A stretch of 55,667 nucleotides of DNA, from contig DASUSZ010000232.1 of assembly GCA_036374815.1 (NCBI GenBank), positions 1 to 55,667 on the forward strand, in the 5' to 3' direction. This document shows, in pieces, positions 54,124-55,667 of this stretch. The notes below the pieces were generated by a model, which searched no databases, had not been told where the DNA came from, and saw only the letters and a program-made list of their open reading frames with translations. The stretch's first letter is position 1; the number at the start of each line of letters is the position of its first letter. Both the position numbers and the translations under genes were made by a program. This DNA is from Vicinamibacterales bacterium. Its GTDB lineage: Bacteria > Acidobacteriota > Vicinamibacteria > Vicinamibacterales > UBA2999.

Positions 54124-55032
54124 ATGCGATTCACTCGCCCCGGGCGCGCGGTCATGCCCCTCGTCATCTTTCTCGCGGCGGTGTCGTCGTGTTCCAGTCC
54201 CTCGGGTCCAACCGGGGGCGGGGGTGGGGGCGGGGGCGGCGGTCCGACCGGCCAAACCGTGACGATGATTGCGGTCGGCGACATCGGGCTGTGCGGAAGC
54301 CCCGCCGTCGCGCAGACCGCCAAACTCGTCGCCGGCCTCGAGGGCGAGCTGTTGCTCGCCGGTGACATCGCGTACTTCCAGGGGACCGCGGCAAATTTCC
54401 GGGACTGCTTCGATCCGTTCTGGGGTCAGTTTCGATCGCGCTGGCACCCCGTGCCGGGCAATCACGAGTACGAGAGCCCTGGCGCCGCTCCGTACTTCGC
54501 GTATTTCGGCGACGCCGCGGGTCCTCCAAACGTCGGGTATTACTCGATCACCGCCGGTGACTGGTTGATCCTGATGCTCAACTCGAACCTGCCCGCGACC
54601 CAGGGATCGCCGCAGTACGAATTCGCGCGCGTCGCGCTCGATCGCCAGCTGACGCCGTGCACGATGGCGGTGTGGCATCACCCGCGCTTCTCATCGGGAC
54701 CGAATGGCAACACGCCGGCGATGCGCGACATGTGGGCGCTGCTCGAGAGCAAGCGCGCCGAGATCGTGTTCAGCGGCCACGATCATTTGTACGAGCGATT
54801 CGCGCGGCAGTTGTCCGATGGCACCGCCGATCCCGTCAACGGCGTGCGGCAGTTCATCGCCGGCACCGGCGGTGCCGAGCTCTATAACTTCGTCCGCGCC
54901 TCGGCGAACTCCGAGGAGCGCATCATGAAGTTCGGCGTCGTGAAATTTACGCTTCGCCCCGCGCAGGTCGACTGGGAATTCCTCGGCATCGACGGCTCGG
55001 TCAACGATCGCGGCCTCGATACGTGCCGCTAG
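54124..55032 (+). CDS. calcineurin-like metallophosphoesterase, secreted or lipoprotein-like
   Basis: AVGDIG, LLAGDIAY, PGNHEY, WHHP and SGHDHLYER metallophosphoesterase motifs. The N-terminus LAAVSSCSS is followed by a Gly9 linker. Confidence 0.8.
   Translation: MRFTRPGRAVMPLVIFLAAVSSCSSPSGPTGGGGGGGGGGPTGQTVTMIAVGDIGLCGSPAVAQTAKLVAGLEGELLLAGDIAYFQGTAANFRDCFDPFWGQFRSRWHPVPGNHEYESPGAAPYFAYFGDAAGPPNVGYYSITAGDWLILMLNSNLPATQGSPQYEFARVALDRQLTPCTMAVWHHPRFSSGPNGNTPAMRDMWALLESKRAEIVFSGHDHLYERFARQLSDGTADPVNGVRQFIAGTGGAELYNFVRASANSEERIMKFGVVKFTLRPAQVDWEFLGIDGSVNDRGLDTCR
54214..54236 (+). other. canonical G-quadruplex motif G5-C-G5-T-G5-C-G5 on the coding strand
   Basis: Read directly from the sequence. 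It encodes the Gly-run of the metallophosphoesterase linker. Confidence 0.7.
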
Positions 55033-55075
55033 CGAGCGCTAGGCCTCGCTCCAGCCGGCGAAACATAATAGGCGG

Positions 55076-55667
55076 ATGAAATTACTGTCCGCCCTCGCCG
55101 CCATCATCACGTTAAGCGCTACCGTACTGGCGCAACAGAAACCACCGGCGTTCGCGCCGATTCCAGCGCCGCCCAATGTCGCCAAGCCGCCCGCAGACGC
55201 CGCGAAGACTGCTTCGGGCCTTGCATCGATCGTGCTCCAGGCGGGCACCGGCAAGACCAGGCCCGGCGCGACCGACATGGTCACCGTCAATTACACCGGC
55301 TGGACCACGGACGGAAAAATGTTCGACAGCTCGTTTGCGCGCAGCGCGCCCAGCACGTTCCCGCTCGATCGCGTCATCAAGGGTTGGGGCGAAGGCGTGC
55401 AGTTGATGGTCGTCGGCGAGAAGCGGCGCTTCTGGATTCCGCAGGAGATCGCCTACAACGGCATGGCCGGACGCCCGGCGGGCATGCTGGTGTTCGACAT
55501 CGAGCTGCTCGATTTTTCGCCGTCGCCAAGCACGCCGCCACCAGACGTCGCGGCACCGCCCAAGGACGCCAAGCGCACGGCATCCGGTCTCGCCTACAAG
55601 TCGCTTCGCGAAGGCAAAGGCGGCCCGCACCCCACCGAACGCAGCATGGTCACCGTGCACTACACCG
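55076..55667 (+). CDS. FKBP-type peptidyl-prolyl cis-trans isomerase, secreted, tandem FKBP domains (3' end outside window)
   Basis: This gene is not in the ORF track because no stop lies within the window. My translation from the ATG at 55076 gives the signal peptide MKLLSALAAIITLSATVLA. It continues with VTVNYTGWTTDGKMFDSS...VIKGWGEGVQLMVVGEKRRFWIP...LVFDIELL. A second TVHYT marks the start of another FKBP domain. Confidence 0.85.
   Translation, partial: MKLLSALAAIITLSATVLAQQKPPAFAPIPAPPNVAKPPADAAKTASGLASIVLQAGTGKTRPGATDMVTVNYTGWTTDGKMFDSSFARSAPSTFPLDRVIKGWGEGVQLMVVGEKRRFWIPQEIAYNGMAGRPAGMLVFDIELLDFSPSPSTPPPDVAAPPKDAKRTASGLAYKSLREGKGGPHPTERSMVTVHYT

Overview
High-GC bacterial chromosomal segment (by eye roughly two-thirds G+C, strong GC3 bias). 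It is probably Acidobacteriota-like, based on a PadR + duplicated ADOP/MacB-type permease pair and a GxxExxY remnant. I can support about 55 protein-coding genes. I found no rRNA, tRNA, CRISPR array, transposase or integrase. Most content is housekeeping or accessory metabolism: Gfo/Idh/MocA + GMC oxidoreductases, gamma-glutamyltransferase, the lpdA-E2-lipB and sucA-sucB 2-oxoacid dehydrogenase operons, queF, panE, HU and a sigma-54 activator. The rest is mostly envelope proteins: a BamA-like protein, a porin, c-type cytochromes and a PepSY protein. Many long ORFs in the track are antisense shadow ORFs typical of high-GC DNA, and I rejected them. Five things deserve a second look. (1) At 30438-35869, a translationally coupled SNF2-family helicase and a 1056-aa Eco57I-type N6-adenine methyltransferase have no recognisable nuclease partner. 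They abut a truncated, frameshifted GxxExxY nuclease-family gene. This is a candidate non-canonical defence or epigenetic module. (2) At 49551-55032, a tightly coupled operon encodes STAS-DUF4956, a PLD (2xHKD), an OprO/P-like porin and CotH, with a divergent metallophosphoesterase. The shared phosphate/polyphosphate theme suggests an undescribed variant of CotH/DUF4956 clusters. (3) Short tandem repeats of 7-9 bp fill many intergenic spacers. The same units recur at unrelated loci, including inside coding linkers read in different frames. (4) A PNPOx-GAF-winged-helix one-component regulator sits next to a palindromic operator and a cytochrome c pair. (5) An overlapping pair of thymidylate-kinase-like paralogues is present, one with a degenerate P-loop. 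All product calls come from reading motifs in the supplied translations. No database search was run.
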